DNA of 64,000 nucleotides. Source: an uncultured Poribacteria bacterium (lineage in GTDB: Bacteria; Poribacteria; WGA-4E; WGA-3G). The position numbers and the translations under genes were made by a program. The notes beneath the pieces are model-generated. The model was not told the DNA's origin, made no database searches, and saw only the letters and a program-made list of their open reading frames with translations. The stretch lies in contig OX638351.1 in assembly GCA_951813565.1 (NCBI GenBank), forward strand, positions 2,784,001-2,848,000, written 5' to 3'. The stretch's first letter is position 1; every line of letters starts with the position of its first letter. Below, in pieces: positions 61,144 to 64,000 of the stretch.

Positions 61144-62841
61144 ATGACAAATTCAACACTTATTAAAAATGAAGAACTCGTTAACGGAAGTATTTCGATT
61201 ATTCCATTAGGAGGTTTAGGTGAATTCGGACTCAACATGATGGTATACGAAACCGAAAATGACATCATTGTCATTGATACCGGTTTTATGTTGCCGAATT
61301 CCGATATGCCGGGGGTTGATCTGATATTTCCGGATATTCACTACCTCGTTGAACGCAAAGAAAAGGTGCGCGGGATACTTTTAACACATGGTCACGAGGA
61401 TCATATCGGTGCGTTGGCGTATGTGCTGCAACAGTTAGATGCGCCAGTTTACGGCACGCAACTGACGCTTTCCATCGCAAGCGGTCGGTTGAAAGAATAC
61501 GGTGTATTGGGTAAAGCGGATTTGAACGCCATCGTGCCTGGGGATAACGTAAACTTAGGTGATTTTTCTGCAGAGTTTATTCACGTCACACACAGCATTC
61601 CGGATGCGGTTGCAATCGCTCTGCGAACGCCTGTTGGTGTTATTGTTCATACTGGAGATTTCAAATTTGACGCGACACCCGTTGATGGCAAGTTAACTGA
61701 TATTCAAACTTTAGCGCGGCTCGGTGCTGAAGGGGTTCTCTTACTGCTCTCTGACAGCACGAACGTCAACTGGCCAGGGCAGACCCTTTCCGAACGTAGT
61801 ATCTATGATGCAATAGACAATATCTTTCAGAAAACGGAACAGAGACTATTCCTTTGCACTTTTTCTTCAAGCATACACCGTCTACAACAATTTATTGATT
61901 TAGCGATGAAACATCGCAGACTCGTTGCTGTTACGGGACGTTCCCTCACCAACAATGTTCGCATTGCCACAGAACTTGGTCACCTAAAGATTAACCCCGA
62001 CTATCTAATTGATGCTCGCGATGCTGCCATGTTCAAACCGCATGAGGTTGTTATCTTAAGCACTGGCAGCCAAGGCGAACCACGTTCAGCAATGGCATTG
62101 ATGGCGCTTGACAACCACCCTTTTTTGAAGGTAGAACCGAACGATACAGTCGTAATTTCTGCTCGTATTATTCCTGGGAACGAAAAATCTATTGGAAATG
62201 TTGTAAACCATCTATTGAGACGCGGTGCAAACATCTTCCATGAACGCAACGCGAATGTTCATGTTTCCGGGCACGGTTCAAGTGAAGACCTAAAACTAAT
62301 GATCAATCTCTTGCAACCCAAGTTTTTCGTCCCGATACACGGTGAATATCAGAACCTGGTCCGACATGCCGAACTTGCTGAGTCTGTAGGCATTCCGAGT
62401 AGCAACATAAATGTGGCTGAAGATGGTGAACTGATTTGTCTCACGCCTGAGTCGTGCAAAGTGTTTGAGCGGCAAGGACGTTCTGGACGTGTTTTGGTAG
62501 ATGGGAAACCGGAAATTGAACTTGAGGATATTGTTTTGCGCGACCGCATTCAGCTTTCACAAGATGGCATGGTTATTCCCATCATTGTCCTGCATAGTGA
62601 TGGCGGTGCAATTGCGACTGAACCCGAAATAATTTCTCGTGGTTTTGTTTATATGGATGAATCTGAAGATCTTTTCACTGAAGCGAAAGAAATTACGCGG
62701 AAAGTCATTGAAAATTTGAGTGACGAACAGAAGCACGAGATGGAAATAGTCCAAGATGAGATACGAAGCGCACTACGTAGATTTTTCGCGAAGCAGATGC
62801 AGCGGAGTCCGTTAGTTCTTCCTGTTGTGATGCGGGTGTAG
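61144..62841 (+). CDS. rnj: Ribonuclease J
   Basis: PLGGLGEFGLNM, THGHEDHIG, HTGDFKFD, GSQGEP, HVSGH, PIHGEY. Confidence 0.95.
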   Translation: MTNSTLIKNEELVNGSISIIPLGGLGEFGLNMMVYETENDIIVIDTGFMLPNSDMPGVDLIFPDIHYLVERKEKVRGILLTHGHEDHIGALAYVLQQLDAPVYGTQLTLSIASGRLKEYGVLGKADLNAIVPGDNVNLGDFSAEFIHVTHSIPDAVAIALRTPVGVIVHTGDFKFDATPVDGKLTDIQTLARLGAEGVLLLLSDSTNVNWPGQTLSERSIYDAIDNIFQKTEQRLFLCTFSSSIHRLQQFIDLAMKHRRLVAVTGRSLTNNVRIATELGHLKINPDYLIDARDAAMFKPHEVVILSTGSQGEPRSAMALMALDNHPFLKVEPNDTVVISARIIPGNEKSIGNVVNHLLRRGANIFHERNANVHVSGHGSSEDLKLMINLLQPKFFVPIHGEYQNLVRHAELAESVGIPSSNINVAEDGELICLTPESCKVFERQGRSGRVLVDGKPEIELEDIVLRDRIQLSQDGMVIPIIVLHSDGGAIATEPEIISRGFVYMDESEDLFTEAKEITRKVIENLSDEQKHEMEIVQDEIRSALRRFFAKQMQRSPLVLPVVMRV

Positions 62842-62968
62842 AACCTACCGTGGGTGTCAATTTTAAAGAAAAATATTCTTGTGGGAGGGCTTTGAAAGCC
62901 CGATTTTGATTTATCGGGGTTGAAAACCCCTCCCACAAGAATATTTACCGAAGGTATGAATTATAACC

Positions 62969-63502
62969 TTAGCCCCACAAAAGCACAGAATGATCTTCAC
63001 TACCGCTGGCAATAGAGCTGTCATCAGGTGAATACGCTACGCTTCTGACAGAACCGATGTGTCCCTTGAGTGTGGCTTTTGGCTCCTCTGTGGCAACGTC
63101 CCATAGTATCCCAATGTTGTCCGCACCGCCACTCGCGAGCGTGCTGCCATCAGGTGAATATGCTAACGCCCTAACATAGTCCCTATGTTCTTTAAGTGTT
63201 GCTTTCGGAACCCCCGTAACACTATCCCATAGCCATATCTCTTCATAACTCCCGGTCGCCACTGTTTCGCCATCCGGGGAATACGCTACGCTCCAAACAT
63301 ATTCTGTATGTCCTGCAAGGAGGCTAACTTCTTCACCACTATGTGCATCGTATATCCATGTCCCGATATCACCTGCTACAGCAAGTCGAGTGCCATCTGG
63401 AGAAAACGCGACATTGCCTATGATACTACTTTTGCCAAGTCTAAGTTTTGCACCTTCAGGTAATTCTGATTGTGATGTGCCTTGTTCGTTATTTGTGTTC
63501 AT
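62969..63502 (-). CDS. WD40-repeat protein (short, about 4 blades; possibly truncated)
   Basis: LPEGAKLRLGK, repeated GH...V.SVAYSPDG..ASG..D...LW. Confidence 0.8.
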   Translation of the reverse strand: MNTNNEQGTSQSELPEGAKLRLGKSSIIGNVAFSPDGTRLAVAGDIGTWIYDAHSGEEVSLLAGHTEYVWSVAYSPDGETVATGSYEEIWLWDSVTGVPKATLKEHRDYVRALAYSPDGSTLASGGADNIGILWDVATEEPKATLKGHIGSVRSVAYSPDDSSIASGSEDHSVLLWG

Positions 63503-63542
63503 TTAGCATTTTTTCCTTATTCAAAGTTCTGGATAGAGTATA

Positions 63543-63693
63543 ATACCAAATTAACGGAATTCGTCTTGTTTTTCCAGTGTTTTTTCTACTCTTCCGCTCC
63601 AGCGGAGCGGTATGTTTATAGTAACGTGGAGTTTTCTGTCTTCCGCTCCAGCGGAGCGGTATGTAAAGACGATGAATCAAATGAATCTGGTAT
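63543..63693. repeat. MITE-like element, inverted copy of 3016-3155
   Basis: Reverse-complement similarity across the element, including two CCGCTCCAGCGGAGC palindromes. Confidence 0.8.
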
Positions 63694-64000
63694 AACACAG
63701 ATAAATGAATTAAGCAATAGCCTGAAACGTCTTGATTTAGATGTAAATATTCGCTAATTTCTGAATCGCGAATTGGACGGGTTACACAGATTACGCGGAT
63801 TTTGGGAAAGCCATCTGTTAAATCAATGTTGATATATTAGGGTTAAATATCCTTAGGGTGTGTAAAGTTTTTTGCATGAACAATTAGAAGCAAAATCAAG
63901 GATACCCAAGCCGTGATTGACAATGCCACTGAACGCAAAAATGCCATTCTTACAAGTATCTATAAAGGTAGATGTGGTTTCCTAACCGCACCTACCCCTT

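Noticed and set aside
1..64000. tRNA or rRNA genes
   Set aside because: None recognised by eye; a tRNAscan/Infernal run would be needed to exclude them formally.

Overview
A 64-kb bacterial chromosomal window, most likely Candidatus Poribacteria. This is an inference from the tandem LamG proteins ending in AVEAxGKIAVTWGxLKAK, the PhyH/WD40/TPR content and the dense intergenic palindromic repeats. It carries housekeeping genes (moeB, rng, rplU-rpmA, guaA, dprA, livG/livF, lgt, obgE-proB-proA, nfo, phoX, leuS, rnj), three IS elements (a tnpB-only IS200/IS605 element interrupted by an IS701-like IS, and an IS1595-family IS) and several MITE/REP families. The standout is a compact 3.7-kb module (44760-48445) between two oxidoreductase genes. 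On the minus strand it reads: CRISPR array (26 identical 30-bp repeats plus one degenerate) -> tracrRNA-like anti-repeat fused to an omegaRNA/HEARO-type scaffold -> 518-aa IscB with intact RuvC/HNH residues and a ~70-aa insertion where Cas9 has its REC lobe. No cas1/cas2 or tnpA is present. The module is bounded by ATAC direct repeats and GTT...AAC termini. The spacer next to the degenerate repeat matches (28/35 aligned columns) the start of the gene flanking the module's own insertion site. This suggests an IscB-to-Cas9 intermediate that carries a homing or self-regulatory guide alongside an adaptive array. All calls are by eye from motifs; no database searches were run.
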